Shown: piece by piece, positions 17,950-28,339 of the stretch
Position numbering within the stretch: the first letter of the stretch is position 1
Layout of the letters: each line of letters opens with the position of its first letter
From: a virus
Taxonomy: Duplodnaviria > Caudoviricetes
IMG/VR virus record: IMGVR_UViG_3300031972_002079
Coordinates: 1 to 52,214 of that record
DNA: 52,214 nucleotides
Strand: one strand, 5' to 3'
Notes under the pieces: model-generated
What the model was told of the DNA's origin: nothing
The model's database searches: none
The model's input: the letters and a program-made list of their open reading frames with translations, nothing else
Made by a program: the position numbers and the translations under genes

Positions 17950-17977
17950 TTATAAAAACTTCACTATAGGTATTTAG
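17877..17977. promoter_or_regulatory. Overlapping divergent late promoters
   Basis: TATAAATA (+) 17877-17884 inside gp4; CTAAATA (-) 17971-17977 upstream of gp4. Confidence 0.6.
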
Positions 17978-17978
17978 A

Positions 17979-19025
17979 GTGCCAGGACCAAAAAAAATTT
18001 CAGATATCAAAAGTACTTTCAGTGATTTGGCTCAGTCATCTCACTATGAGGTACAATTTCATGATTTCCCATTTGGTATAAAGCAAACTTTTGCTGAGAA
18101 TGGAGTCCTGAAAAGTTTTTATAATAACACTGCTGGACTATTATGTTACAATGCTGTTTTACCTGGATCTAGTTTAGCAACAACAACTATTGAAGGTAAT
18201 TTCACTGGAGTGCAACAACAGTATGCACACACCAAAATATTCAATAACATAAATCTAAGTTTCTATTGTGATAGTCAATATCAAGTTTTGAGATTTTTTG
18301 AATCTTGGATGCAACATATTACTGGTGGTAATAACGTTCCAAATAATAGTGTATCTGCAAATCCAAAGAATCCTGGATACTTTTATAGGATGAGATATCC
18401 AAGAGGCACGAATGGATATAAGTGTGATAGTATGAGAATTTATAAATTTGATAGAAATTATCAGGCAGCAGTTGCATATAGTTTTGTTGGATTATTTCCC
18501 GTTGCAATTACATCTACTCCAATAGGATACGAAAGTCAAAACTCTGTTCTAAGAATTAGTATTGATTTTAACTATGAAAGACATTACATGACAGCGGCTG
18601 CACAAAGTACTAAATCACCATATCCATTTAATTTCAATTCAGAATTCTCAAATCTTGGTGATGCATTTGGTAAAGTAAATGCATATTCATCCGCCACTCA
18701 AACCGATCAAGATCAATACTCTTCAAAATTAGCGAAGTATTTCACTTCAAATAATGGTGAGAATAATGCAAAAATTACCCAACAATTTATTGATGGTCTC
18801 AATTCAATAAAAGGTGCTTGGAATCCTACACTTGGAAAAGGTTCTGATATCATTAATTTTGTTAATGATAATGCAGGTGGAGCTGGTGGTGATCAATCTT
18901 CTGCTGCGAGTGCAGGAGCAGCTGCGATTGGTGGTGCCGCAGCTGCTGGTGCTGGTGGAGCTGGATCGGCAGGTGCTGGTGGAGCTGGATCGGCAGGTGG
19001 TGGCTCTAACGTTATCCGTGGTTGA
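17979..19025 (+). CDS. Tail tube-like baseplate protein (gp54/gp19-like) with Gly/Ala tail
   Basis: LLC..A.LPG, FY.D, FFESW, FP..I; divergent from gp4. Confidence 0.75.
   Translation: MPGPKKISDIKSTFSDLAQSSHYEVQFHDFPFGIKQTFAENGVLKSFYNNTAGLLCYNAVLPGSSLATTTIEGNFTGVQQQYAHTKIFNNINLSFYCDSQYQVLRFFESWMQHITGGNNVPNNSVSANPKNPGYFYRMRYPRGTNGYKCDSMRIYKFDRNYQAAVAYSFVGLFPVAITSTPIGYESQNSVLRISIDFNYERHYMTAAAQSTKSPYPFNFNSEFSNLGDAFGKVNAYSSATQTDQDQYSSKLAKYFTSNNGENNAKITQQFIDGLNSIKGAWNPTLGKGSDIINFVNDNAGGAGGDQSSAASAGAAAIGGAAAAGAGGAGSAGAGGAGSAGGGSNVIRG
18948..18995 (+). repeat. 24-bp tandem repeat x2 (GAGGAGSA)
   Basis: GGTGCTGGTGGAGCTGGATCGGCA twice. Confidence 0.9.
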
Positions 19026-19063
19026 CGTACTAAATAAAAAAAACATAGATTATTCAATACATT

Positions 19064-19780
19064 ATGCCTTTACCAAAGTCCAATACTCCTGTTTATGAAC
19101 TTGAGTTGCCATCCATTGAGAAAAAAATCAAATATCGTCCATTTTTAGTAAAAGAAGAAAAAGTTCTTATCATGGCTCTAGAGAGTCAAGATATGAAACA
19201 GATTACTACTGCGGTGAAAAATGTTCTTGCTGCATGTATTCTCACTAAAGGTGTGAAGGTAGAAAATCTTTCTACTTTTGATATTGAATATCTATTCTTA
19301 AATGTTCGTGCAAAATCTGTTGGAGAACTTATTGATGTAATTGTCACTTGTCCTGATGACAATCAAACTGAAGTTGAGGTTCAAATTAATATTGATGATA
19401 TCACTATCACTAATCAGGAAGGTCATGACAGAGACATTCAGTTAGATGATCAACTTACATTAAGAATGAAGTATCCATCACTAAATGAATTTGTAAAAAC
19501 AAACTTCAATGGTGAAGATATTAACGTCGATCAAGGATTTGATATTATTGCAAACTGCATTGATCAGATTTATTCTGAAGAAGAATCTTGGAATACTTCA
19601 GATTGTACTAAAAAAGAATTGGATGAATTTATTGGTAATCTAACATCAGCACAATTCTCTAAAGTTGAAAAGTTTTTTGCATCTATGCCAAAATTGACTC
19701 ATACTTTAAAGGTTGAAAATCCAAATACTAAGGTCGAAAGTGAAGTTGTTCTAGAAGGGTTAGCATCTTTTTTCGCATAG
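19064..19780 (+). CDS. gp26: Baseplate hub subunit / assembly protein
   Basis: MPLPK, YRPFLVKEEK, FDIEYLFL..RAKSVGE, LEGLASFF; CTAAATA 19030-19036. Confidence 0.9.
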   Translation: MPLPKSNTPVYELELPSIEKKIKYRPFLVKEEKVLIMALESQDMKQITTAVKNVLAACILTKGVKVENLSTFDIEYLFLNVRAKSVGELIDVIVTCPDDNQTEVEVQINIDDITITNQEGHDRDIQLDDQLTLRMKYPSLNEFVKTNFNGEDINVDQGFDIIANCIDQIYSEEESWNTSDCTKKELDEFIGNLTSAQFSKVEKFFASMPKLTHTLKVENPNTKVESEVVLEGLASFFA

Positions 19781-19962
19781 CCCTGGCACATACTTCTCTG
19801 ATGTCTTATTATCAAACTAATTTTGCCTTGGTTCAGCATCATAAATATAGTTTAAGTGAGTTAGAGAATATGATGCCATGGGAAAGAGAAGTGTATGTTT
19901 CACTTCTCTTATCATACCTGGAAGAAGAAGAACTGAAACGTAAGCAAGCAAATGGCATCTAG
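19768..19962 (+). CDS. gp51: Baseplate hub assembly catalyst gp51-like ORF (-1 frame relative to gp26; first ATG 19801)
   Basis: YYQTNFALVQHHKYSLSELENMMPWEREVY; frame is open back to T TTT TTC at 19768. Confidence 0.85.
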   Translation, partial: FFRIALAHTSLMSYYQTNFALVQHHKYSLSELENMMPWEREVYVSLLLSYLEEEELKRKQANGI

Positions 19963-21688
19963 ACTCAACCCATCAAAACTATTACCATCACAAAGCAAAG
20001 TGGTGCGTGAAAGTCTTGTGGAGGTTGAGGAACAGAACAATAAACAACAAATAGAAGTATATACTTTTTTAGGGAAACAATTAACATCTATCAATAGAAA
20101 CGTTGAGGCTATTGGTAGAAATCTTGAAACTCTCACGAAAGCCATAAGTGGTGAGACAAGAGCAGAATTAGCTCAAGCAAATGCATCCAAGTTAGAACGC
20201 TTGCGAGATGCTGAGAAAACTGCTTTTGGAAGATCCGAAAATATTTTAGAGGGCAGACTCACTTCTGCAATAACAAAACCTATTAATGCAATAAAGGGTG
20301 TTGTAAGTAATAAATTATTTGACTTAAAAAAAGCATTACTGTTTCTTTTTGGTGGTTGGTTAACCACTAAATTCCTCAGAATGCTTCAGGCAGACGCAGA
20401 AGGAAATAAAGATGAATTTGAAAAATTAAAAGGTGAACTTGTCACTGCATTAGCAGCGGCTGGCGCAGCATTTTTAGTATTGAATGGTGGATTGCTTGGT
20501 TTAATCACCACTATTGGTGGAATAACTTTAAGAGTTGGAAAATTTTTACTATTAAAACCTTTCCAGTCGTTATTTAATGCACTAAGACCAAAACCACCTG
20601 CTACAAAACCTCCTACTCCAACGCCTGGAGTAAGACCAAAACCTGGTGCTACTACAGTTCCTGGTGCTACACCTAAACCTGGTGCTACTACAGTTCCTGG
20701 TGCTACACCTAAACCTGGCGCGACAAGACCTGGAGTACCTCCTGGTAGATCCCCAGGATCTGGTGGAACAATTCTCGGTCCTAGTGGAAAACCGACTGGT
20801 CCTCAAGTACAGGGGACTACTCCAGGTAGGGCACCTAGTATACCACCACCAAAGACAGCTCCTCCCAAGGTAGTTACTCCTAAAAATCCAATTGCATTCT
20901 TATCAAAATCTAAAAATCTTCTTGGTGGATTAAAATCATTACTAGGTAATGCAAGATTTCTTGGTGCTCTTGGTGGTTTCTTAAAAGGAGCGTTCGTATT
21001 ATCAAAAATAAAAAGTAGATTGGATCAAGGAATGTCACCAACTCAGGCATTTGTGCCTGTAATACCAGAAATTTTATTAACTCTCAAAGGTGCAACTATA
21101 GGTGGTGGTCTTGCAGGTGCTGTCGGTCTTACAACTGGACCAGGAGCATTATTAGTTGGAGCTGCTGGTGCTGTTGGTGGTGGTGCATTGGGTGGATTAA
21201 TAGGTGGGCAGGTTACAAATATGATGGATGGTTTGTATGGTCCACTTGGTATGGATAACCTGTTTGGATTTGCGAATGATCCAATCACAAACTTCCTACA
21301 AGGTCTAGGATTGATGAAGAAACCCGAAGAGGGTGGTTTTACACCAGGTGTTGGTGCTAAAGGTAGAGGAACTGGTGTTGCTACGAAGGTTCCTACACAA
21401 GACGATGTTAAGATACCGTCAGTTGCAGCTCCTCATCTTCATCAGGAAAATGTTAAGGTTCCTAGTACTGATAAACAAATTTCCAATAGATTAATGTCTG
21501 CTGGACCAGACTTTGATAATGAACAAAATAATGAAATGCCACAGGATGTTAGAGATGCTATTCAAAATCTTGAAAATACATACCCACTTACATCAGGAAA
21601 TGAAATTCCATCTACATTAACATATGATATATTAAATCCATATAGAGTTCTGGCACAATCAATTTATAACGTAAATTATCAATCCTAA
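19952..21688 (+). CDS. Tape-measure/gp29-slot protein 1
   Basis: Coiled coils, hydrophobic Gly-zipper segments, Pro-rich linker; directly follows gp26/gp51. Confidence 0.6.
   Translation: MASRLNPSKLLPSQSKVVRESLVEVEEQNNKQQIEVYTFLGKQLTSINRNVEAIGRNLETLTKAISGETRAELAQANASKLERLRDAEKTAFGRSENILEGRLTSAITKPINAIKGVVSNKLFDLKKALLFLFGGWLTTKFLRMLQADAEGNKDEFEKLKGELVTALAAAGAAFLVLNGGLLGLITTIGGITLRVGKFLLLKPFQSLFNALRPKPPATKPPTPTPGVRPKPGATTVPGATPKPGATTVPGATPKPGATRPGVPPGRSPGSGGTILGPSGKPTGPQVQGTTPGRAPSIPPPKTAPPKVVTPKNPIAFLSKSKNLLGGLKSLLGNARFLGALGGFLKGAFVLSKIKSRLDQGMSPTQAFVPVIPEILLTLKGATIGGGLAGAVGLTTGPGALLVGAAGAVGGGALGGLIGGQVTNMMDGLYGPLGMDNLFGFANDPITNFLQGLGLMKKPEEGGFTPGVGAKGRGTGVATKVPTQDDVKIPSVAAPHLHQENVKVPSTDKQISNRLMSAGPDFDNEQNNEMPQDVRDAIQNLENTYPLTSGNEIPSTLTYDILNPYRVLAQSIYNVNYQS
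20639..20718 (+). repeat. 36-bp tandem repeat ([12 protein letters not shown]) x2.2
   Basis: AAACCTGGTGCTACTACAGTTCCTGGTGCTACACCT twice plus partial. Confidence 0.9.
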
Positions 21689-23730
21689 TGGCACTTTCAT
21701 CTGCTCTACTAAGAGATACTTTTAAGTCTTCTCCTTTAGATGAAACTATTGTTTCTCTTAGAAGAAGCACCATTTTTACTAGAAAATCTTCTATTAAAGC
21801 AATAAAAGTATTTCAAAAGAAAAAAGTAGTTGGTGATAAAATATTTCAGAAAGAAAGAAGATTAAATCAACTGTTTAGATTTAGAAATGAAAGAAGATCA
21901 AGAGAGGATGTATTAGAGGCAAACAAATCTACTGGTGGTGGAATTGCAGCTCGTGCTCTAGATAAAGGAAAAGGATTCTTAGGCAGAATAATGAATGCAC
22001 TAGGATATCTTCTCCTAGGTTGGTTGACTACACAACTTCCAAAAATATTAGCATTTATTGATACGCTAAAATATCGTATTGGAAATATTATTGATGCTGG
22101 CAAAAGAATGCTTCAGGATGTCAGAAATATTGTTGTTGGAATAAAGGGAGTTGTATCTCAGGCAATTACAAATATTATAAACTTTGATTTCACAGACAGT
22201 GAAGGAAAATTACAAAAGGAGATGGATGATTTAAATAAATCTTTTGAAGATTTGGGTAATGACTTTGATGATGCAGTAGACAATTTTAAAAATATAACGA
22301 CACCAGAACCAAAGCCTGAACCAGAACCAGTTCCAGTCACACCTACACCCACTGAACCAACACCAACTACTCCAACTATACCTACACCTGTACCTACTCC
22401 ATCTATATCAGGAGCTAACTATTCAAGTAGATTGCAACCTATTCATAGAAAGGCGTTAGACAAAATATCTGAATATGAATCAGCAGCTGCTGGAAATTAT
22501 AATGCAATGAATCAAGGTACTGTGAATGATTTTGCAGGAAGAAGACCAAAAAGTGGTGCGTCAAAAGGTATAATTGGGAGAGATCTAACCAAAATGTCCA
22601 TTGCCGATATTTTGAAATCTCAAGATAAGAGATTAGGAAATAATCAAGGGTTTATACATGCTGCAGGAAGATATCAGTTCCTCTCAGGAACTTTGCAGTC
22701 TGTCTTAAGATATGCTGGAATTTCAGATAAGGTAAAATTTAGTCCTGATGTTCAAGATTATTTGGCAGCCGTTTTATTAACTATGCCAGGTGGTGGATTG
22801 AGTCACTGGACAGCAGATAGAAGAACTGGATTGTTGAGAGATAGGGCAGGAATGGACCTTATCAATAAGGCAGCTCGAACTCCATTAAAAAAAGCATCTC
22901 CAGTAGTACAATCCCCACCTCAAGTAGTTGTTCCAGCACCTCCAGCACCACAACAACCTCCTACACCACCAGCTCCACGACCACAAAGACAAAATCAAAT
23001 GCCTGGTTCTAGACCAACAATCAGCACTGGTGGTGTGAACTTAATACCACTGAGACCTGGAGAACGTGGTTTAGTACAAGGTGGATCTGGTAGTAGAAGG
23101 GGACCAGATGGAACAATAGAATCACAGTATGCAACACATTATCATATCGATGGCCCAGCAAACCTATCTAAAAAACAGAGGAGGCAAATTAGAGAGGTTG
23201 CATTCCATGCAATTAAAGCAATGTTTAATAGAGGTTCCCATGTTCATCTTGGAAGTAGTGCTCAAACATTGTATAAGGGAATGAGTGATTCAAAATTAAG
23301 GAATGCGATTTTATATGAACAGCAAAGGCATGACGCTAGATCATCACCAGCTGTTGATATTCAAGAATTAAATTCTAAACTACAAAGAACTTTGCCTGGT
23401 CAACCTGGAGCAAGAACAACCTTCCCATTTGCAGTTGGACAAGTTTATACGGCAGGTGGTTATGGAAGAGAAGCAAAGATTATTGGAACTGATCAAATCT
23501 CTGTCTCACATGGTGCAAAAGGATCAAGTGCAAGTAATGTTAAACCAGTTAATGTAAGTTCTAATATTCCTAGAGGCCGAAGAAGAGGAGGAAGCACTCT
23601 GATTACTTATATTCCTGTTCCTGTTGGAAAACCAAAAACAGTTCCTGTAGGTCAACCGATGAAAAGTGGATCGTCTGAAGGTTTATCGTTAAATAGTATT
23701 GTCACCGACATTTCTACAGCATATACCTGA
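21688..23730 (+). CDS. Tape-measure/gp29-slot protein 2 with lysozyme-like domain
   Basis: N-terminal helical part, PT-rich linker, I..YES and AAGRYQF...FSP..QD muramidase motifs. Confidence 0.7.
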   Translation: MALSSALLRDTFKSSPLDETIVSLRRSTIFTRKSSIKAIKVFQKKKVVGDKIFQKERRLNQLFRFRNERRSREDVLEANKSTGGGIAARALDKGKGFLGRIMNALGYLLLGWLTTQLPKILAFIDTLKYRIGNIIDAGKRMLQDVRNIVVGIKGVVSQAITNIINFDFTDSEGKLQKEMDDLNKSFEDLGNDFDDAVDNFKNITTPEPKPEPEPVPVTPTPTEPTPTTPTIPTPVPTPSISGANYSSRLQPIHRKALDKISEYESAAAGNYNAMNQGTVNDFAGRRPKSGASKGIIGRDLTKMSIADILKSQDKRLGNNQGFIHAAGRYQFLSGTLQSVLRYAGISDKVKFSPDVQDYLAAVLLTMPGGGLSHWTADRRTGLLRDRAGMDLINKAARTPLKKASPVVQSPPQVVVPAPPAPQQPPTPPAPRPQRQNQMPGSRPTISTGGVNLIPLRPGERGLVQGGSGSRRGPDGTIESQYATHYHIDGPANLSKKQRRQIREVAFHAIKAMFNRGSHVHLGSSAQTLYKGMSDSKLRNAILYEQQRHDARSSPAVDIQELNSKLQRTLPGQPGARTTFPFAVGQVYTAGGYGREAKIIGTDQISVSHGAKGSSASNVKPVNVSSNIPRGRRRGGSTLITYIPVPVGKPKTVPVGQPMKSGSSEGLSLNSIVTDISTAYT

Positions 23731-25022
23731 TGTCAGCAACCGAACTATCTATTATAGAAAAATTTACACTCACCAGTGCTAATGGTGAGAATGAAGTTGA
23801 CATCAGTGCAGGTACTGGTGGAGAATTTTTATATTATGAAGATATTTTTTCACCAGTAGTGACTGCAAAAACTTTTGTAATGGACAGTGGTAGAAATAAT
23901 ATTAATTCTAAAAAATTTAACGATCCATTGATGTCTGGATTACCTGTAGTTGGTGGTGAAAAAGCAGATATTAAGATAACAAATCAACGCAATCAATCTC
24001 TTAATCTTACATCATTAAGGGTCTTCAAACCATCTCAGGTAACGCAGGATAACAATAAAGAATTACTTGAATTTAATTTCATTTCAAATGAATATTTTAT
24101 AGATTCAAACAAAAGAGTCTATAGGAAATTACCAGAGAATGTAACGTCCGAGAATGTTCGTAGCATTTTAGATACTGAGATAAAAACAGATAAAGCATTT
24201 ATTACATCTCCATGTTCATCTAATTTTTCATATCAAGGTAATTCTAGAAAACCATTTACTGTTATTATGAACATGTGCCCGAGAGCTATCGGTGAAGAAT
24301 CTGGAAAATCTGCTGGATTTGTTTTCTTTGAAACTAGAAGAGGTTATAATTTTAAATCAATCGAATCCTTAATTAAACAACCGACTCTTACAGAAGGTGG
24401 TGTAAAGGTAGTTTATACTTACGGTGGAACTGCTGATACTCAATACGAATCAAAAAATCCATATGGAACTTATTTAAATACAAATAAGAGGATACTGAAA
24501 TATTCCCAAACACAAGCAAATGATTTGGTAAGGAAAACACAGGTCGGTGCATTTGGTGCAAAAAGATATAATTTTGATCCTTTTTCTGGGTCTATGGAAA
24601 CTGGTGCAGATAAAATAAACTTTGACTGGGAAAATATCGAGGACACAGATTTCTTAGGTAAAGAAAGATATGAACCACCAGAAGATCTTAATCTTTCCAT
24701 GACTAGAATGTTTTCGGGATTAAATGATAAGCAAAGTCTAACTGATCGAGAAGCTATAAACTTTGCTTTCTCAGAATTTTCAATACAAGCACCCATGACA
24801 TATAATAAAATTTTTACACAGATACTAAATATTACAGTTCCACAAAACCTTAATCTACATGCTGGTGACTGTATAGAAGTCAATATAGCAAAACTTGGCT
24901 GTCAATACGAATTTGACAAAGAATTGAGCGGTAAGTTTCTTATTAAAGAACTCTGCCATCAGTTTACAAATTCAAGATCTTACTCACACTTATTAATCAT
25001 ACGAGATACACTAGGAGCTTAA
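23730..25022 (+). CDS. Baseplate hub/tail protein (gp27-like)
   Basis: YYEDIFSP, FFETRRGYNFKSIESL, LSGKFLIKELCH. Confidence 0.7.
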   Translation: MSATELSIIEKFTLTSANGENEVDISAGTGGEFLYYEDIFSPVVTAKTFVMDSGRNNINSKKFNDPLMSGLPVVGGEKADIKITNQRNQSLNLTSLRVFKPSQVTQDNNKELLEFNFISNEYFIDSNKRVYRKLPENVTSENVRSILDTEIKTDKAFITSPCSSNFSYQGNSRKPFTVIMNMCPRAIGEESGKSAGFVFFETRRGYNFKSIESLIKQPTLTEGGVKVVYTYGGTADTQYESKNPYGTYLNTNKRILKYSQTQANDLVRKTQVGAFGAKRYNFDPFSGSMETGADKINFDWENIEDTDFLGKERYEPPEDLNLSMTRMFSGLNDKQSLTDREAINFAFSEFSIQAPMTYNKIFTQILNITVPQNLNLHAGDCIEVNIAKLGCQYEFDKELSGKFLIKELCHQFTNSRSYSHLLIIRDTLGA

Positions 25023-25025
25023 CCT

Positions 25026-25253
25026 ATGGAAAACATCGAAACTCACATCGCTAAGGACAAAGAGATCCTTGATAATCCTCTAATTTCCCCCAATCAGCGT
25101 CGTCATATTGAAGGCGAACTGCATGATTTGGAAGAATATGCTGAAAACCACAAAAAAGAAATTGAAGCAGGAGATCATCATGATCCCACTTACTTAGAAC
25201 TCTTCTGTGATCAAAATCCTTCCGAACCAGAATGCCTTGTGTACGAGGATTAA
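25026..25253 (+). CDS. cp12: CP12 Calvin-cycle inhibitor
   Basis: C-terminal LELFCDQNPSEPECLVYED. Confidence 0.92.
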   Translation: MENIETHIAKDKEILDNPLISPNQRRHIEGELHDLEEYAENHKKEIEAGDHHDPTYLELFCDQNPSEPECLVYED

Positions 25254-25256
25254 TTA

Positions 25257-27770
25257 ATGTCAGTTACAGACTCTCTGTTCAATAGTTCTTTTTTTGGCCG
25301 TGATGGTTATCGATATTGGATTGGCAAAGTGCCGTTCAGTAAAACTATCAATGAAGGCTATAACTGGGGAGAGAGAGTACCTGTTAGAATTTTAGGATAT
25401 CATACTGAAGATAGATCAATACTTCCAGACAAAGATTTACCAGTAGCAATAATTAAAAGACCCACCAGCATGGGATCTGGGAATAATGCTTCCAGTGGAA
25501 TTGTTGGTGGTGAACTTGTAACTGGATATTTTGTAGATGCTGATCAAGCACAACAACCAATTATTGATGGTATATTAGGTTGGTTTGATAAAGATGCTCC
25601 AAGCATAACTGGTAATGAGTATCAAGATGTAAATAGTGGAGTTAATCCATTTGAGTCATCATTTCCTTATACCGATAACCTTCCATTCTGGAGAGTGGCA
25701 GCAGAAGGTAAACTTCCAGACATAGGATCAAATACATCTACACAGGGTAAAGAATCTAAACCATCAGGAAATTTTAAAGCTACCGTAGTTTCTGACTCTA
25801 CACCTTATTCATATTTTGTCCCCAGTAATGGAAATACTTGGGAGATGATGAACCTGATGGAGGAATTTAGTGGTCCGAATAATTGTGGAACCGACACTAT
25901 TTCTAGAATTCAAGTTGAGATATCAAAGATTGCAACCATACTAAGCGGGGTAAAAAAATATTACGCACTATATGTTCTTGGCACTGTCAATAAAGTATAT
26001 GACTTTGCTGGACAAATTAATAATATCATTGAAAATATTGCTGCAGTATTAAGAACACTTATACAAAGAGTTAGAAACTGGGTACTCAGACAAGTTAGAC
26101 AATTAATATCTAATGCAATAGATCTGATCTTAGGAGACGTTTCAAAAGATTTAGCAGACTCAATCCTTGCAAAAGTTCTTGATATTTTATTTTGTATCTT
26201 TCAAACCACGATAGATGAACTTCCTGGATTGATTGGTGACTTCCTTGCTGCTCTCCTCAATAAATTAGCATCTGCTCCATTATGTGCTGCTGAAAAGTTT
26301 GTAAATGCTTTAATTAATAATGTTTTGGGCGCATTGCAAGGTGCATTAAATGAAGCTATGGAGGAGATTAGCACATATCTAGATGGTATCTTAGATATTG
26401 GTGGTGCCATCATGGATGTCATTGATCAAATTCTTGGTATCCTTGGTTTCTTATGTTTGACCAAAAACTGTTCTGAAGTTACAAAATTCAATTCTAGTCC
26501 TTGGGGTGGTCCAACAAAACAACAAAAAGATAATTATAATGAGTTCTTGACTAAATTAGAAATACCAGACCCAACGGCGGGAGCTCTTTCATGGTTAGAA
26601 GCATCAGGATTAGGAGATACTTCTGGTCCTAGTGCTTGTGATATTGCAGGTGGTAATGAATGCACTCCACCAACTGTAAGTATTTTTGGTGGCAATCCAA
26701 CAGCAGAGGCATTGGCATCAGCAGTTGTTAGCAGAAAAGGCAATATCATTGGAGTTTTACTTTCTCAAGCAGGATCAGGATATAAGTATCCTCCATTCGT
26801 TGCATTTGATGATCCCTGTAATTATGGTTCTGGAGGAGCTGGTTATGCTGAGATTGACGTTGATGGTGGATTGACAGGTATTGTTATTACAAATCCTGGT
26901 TGGGGATATATTGATGTTCCTGATGGATCTAATAGTAATGACCCTAATGACTTTGCAAAAAGTCCTGTTGGTGGTGGAGAAGATGGAGTTCTAATAGACT
27001 TACCCACTATTATAGATGATACTGAGAATGCAGACGGTGGTGGTGGAACTATTAATCCTGGAGTTCCTATTCCTGGTAGTGGAGATCTACCTGGTATTGA
27101 CATCCCTGATTCTGGTAATCAGATCGATGATGGTGATGGAGATGATACATTAACCCTTGATCCTGGTGACGGCATAGATGATACTATCATCGACATTGGT
27201 CCTGGTGATGGTGGTGAAGATGATACAAATATCATTGTTCCTGTTGTTGGATGTTTAACTGGATTCACCATTATCTCTACTGGATATGGATACGCTCAGG
27301 GTGATACATTTATTGTTACTCCACCTATGCCAGGTCTTATATTGGAAGGAAGATATACAGATTCTGGCCAATTAGTCGAGATTGTCATTAAAGGTGAGCA
27401 ATGTGGATTTGTTGAAATTCCAGATGTAACGATAAATAGTAAGACTGGTAATGGTGTTAGGGTGAAACCTAATATACTCTTCACTGAGGCATCTAAATTT
27501 ACTATAGAAGAACAACGTAGGTATCGTTCTAGTACACTTTCTGTCATACAATGTACTTCAAAACCTAAAGAGTTAGTTGGTTATGTGAATGGTCAACCAT
27601 ACTATGGTCCATACCATATCCATAAAGGAAAGAAAATGGTTGGTGCTGCTCATAATCCTAGGCCACATGCATTCATCTTTGATACAGCAGAAGAAAGTTT
27701 AAATCAACTAGAACCTACTGTAATCAGAAGAAATACAGTATCAAGTACACCCGAGGATATTAACCAATGA
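25257..27770 (+). CDS. gp5: Baseplate hub/spike protein gp5-like (N-terminal OB domain)
   Basis: WIG.V, VRILGYH, LP.A, V.GYF.D...QQPII.G. Confidence 0.8.
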   Translation: MSVTDSLFNSSFFGRDGYRYWIGKVPFSKTINEGYNWGERVPVRILGYHTEDRSILPDKDLPVAIIKRPTSMGSGNNASSGIVGGELVTGYFVDADQAQQPIIDGILGWFDKDAPSITGNEYQDVNSGVNPFESSFPYTDNLPFWRVAAEGKLPDIGSNTSTQGKESKPSGNFKATVVSDSTPYSYFVPSNGNTWEMMNLMEEFSGPNNCGTDTISRIQVEISKIATILSGVKKYYALYVLGTVNKVYDFAGQINNIIENIAAVLRTLIQRVRNWVLRQVRQLISNAIDLILGDVSKDLADSILAKVLDILFCIFQTTIDELPGLIGDFLAALLNKLASAPLCAAEKFVNALINNVLGALQGALNEAMEEISTYLDGILDIGGAIMDVIDQILGILGFLCLTKNCSEVTKFNSSPWGGPTKQQKDNYNEFLTKLEIPDPTAGALSWLEASGLGDTSGPSACDIAGGNECTPPTVSIFGGNPTAEALASAVVSRKGNIIGVLLSQAGSGYKYPPFVAFDDPCNYGSGGAGYAEIDVDGGLTGIVITNPGWGYIDVPDGSNSNDPNDFAKSPVGGGEDGVLIDLPTIIDDTENADGGGGTINPGVPIPGSGDLPGIDIPDSGNQIDDGDGDDTLTLDPGDGIDDTIIDIGPGDGGEDDTNIIVPVVGCLTGFTIISTGYGYAQGDTFIVTPPMPGLILEGRYTDSGQLVEIVIKGEQCGFVEIPDVTINSKTGNGVRVKPNILFTEASKFTIEEQRRYRSSTLSVIQCTSKPKELVGYVNGQPYYGPYHIHKGKKMVGAAHNPRPHAFIFDTAEESLNQLEPTVIRRNTVSSTPEDINQ

Positions 27771-28336
27771 GCCAAAGAACTTACAGGTTACTAGATAACG
27801 AAAATGCTTCCATCATGTGTGGACCAGGAAGACATGATAATACTGGTCGTGAATTAACTACATGGACCAGAGCTGGTAATTCAGATACCCAATGGAATAA
27901 TGGTGCTAGAACTATTGTGACATCTGGTGCATTTAAAGAAGTATGTAATGTAGATCCAGCAGATGTTAAACAAAAAGAACAAGTTGCAAAATCCATATAT
28001 TGCAAGAACGGCGATTTCGTGGTTGTTGCTGATAATATTAAGTTTAAAGCAAAAAATATCTTGTTTGAAACTGAGGGTGCAGGGGGAGATGGTCAGATTG
28101 AGTTAAGAGCAAATGGAATCGTGAGTATCAACTCAAATGAAACTGTTCAAATCTCTGGTGGTGAAGTTCAAATTGTCTCAGAAAAAAATGTAGTTATTGA
28201 TTCTACTGGATTCATCTACTTAATTGGTGATGTTAAAGGTTCTGGAGCTGCCAGTGCAGTAAGCAGTGTAAAAAGTCTTATTACTGGTCAATGGGGAACT
28301 CTGTTATCTGATATTTCTAAAACATTGAGGGTTTAA
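27767..28336 (+). CDS. Beta-helical spike protein (gp5 C-terminal-like)
   Basis: Repeated short beta strands; follows gp5. Confidence 0.55.
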   Translation: MSQRTYRLLDNENASIMCGPGRHDNTGRELTTWTRAGNSDTQWNNGARTIVTSGAFKEVCNVDPADVKQKEQVAKSIYCKNGDFVVVADNIKFKAKNILFETEGAGGDGQIELRANGIVSINSNETVQISGGEVQIVSEKNVVIDSTGFIYLIGDVKGSGAASAVSSVKSLITGQWGTLLSDISKTLRV

Positions 28337-28339
28337 ATT

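Noticed and set aside
25026-25253. cp12 inside the tail operon as a novelty
   Set aside because: cp12 is a well-known cyanophage gene and I recall this position near gp5 as usual
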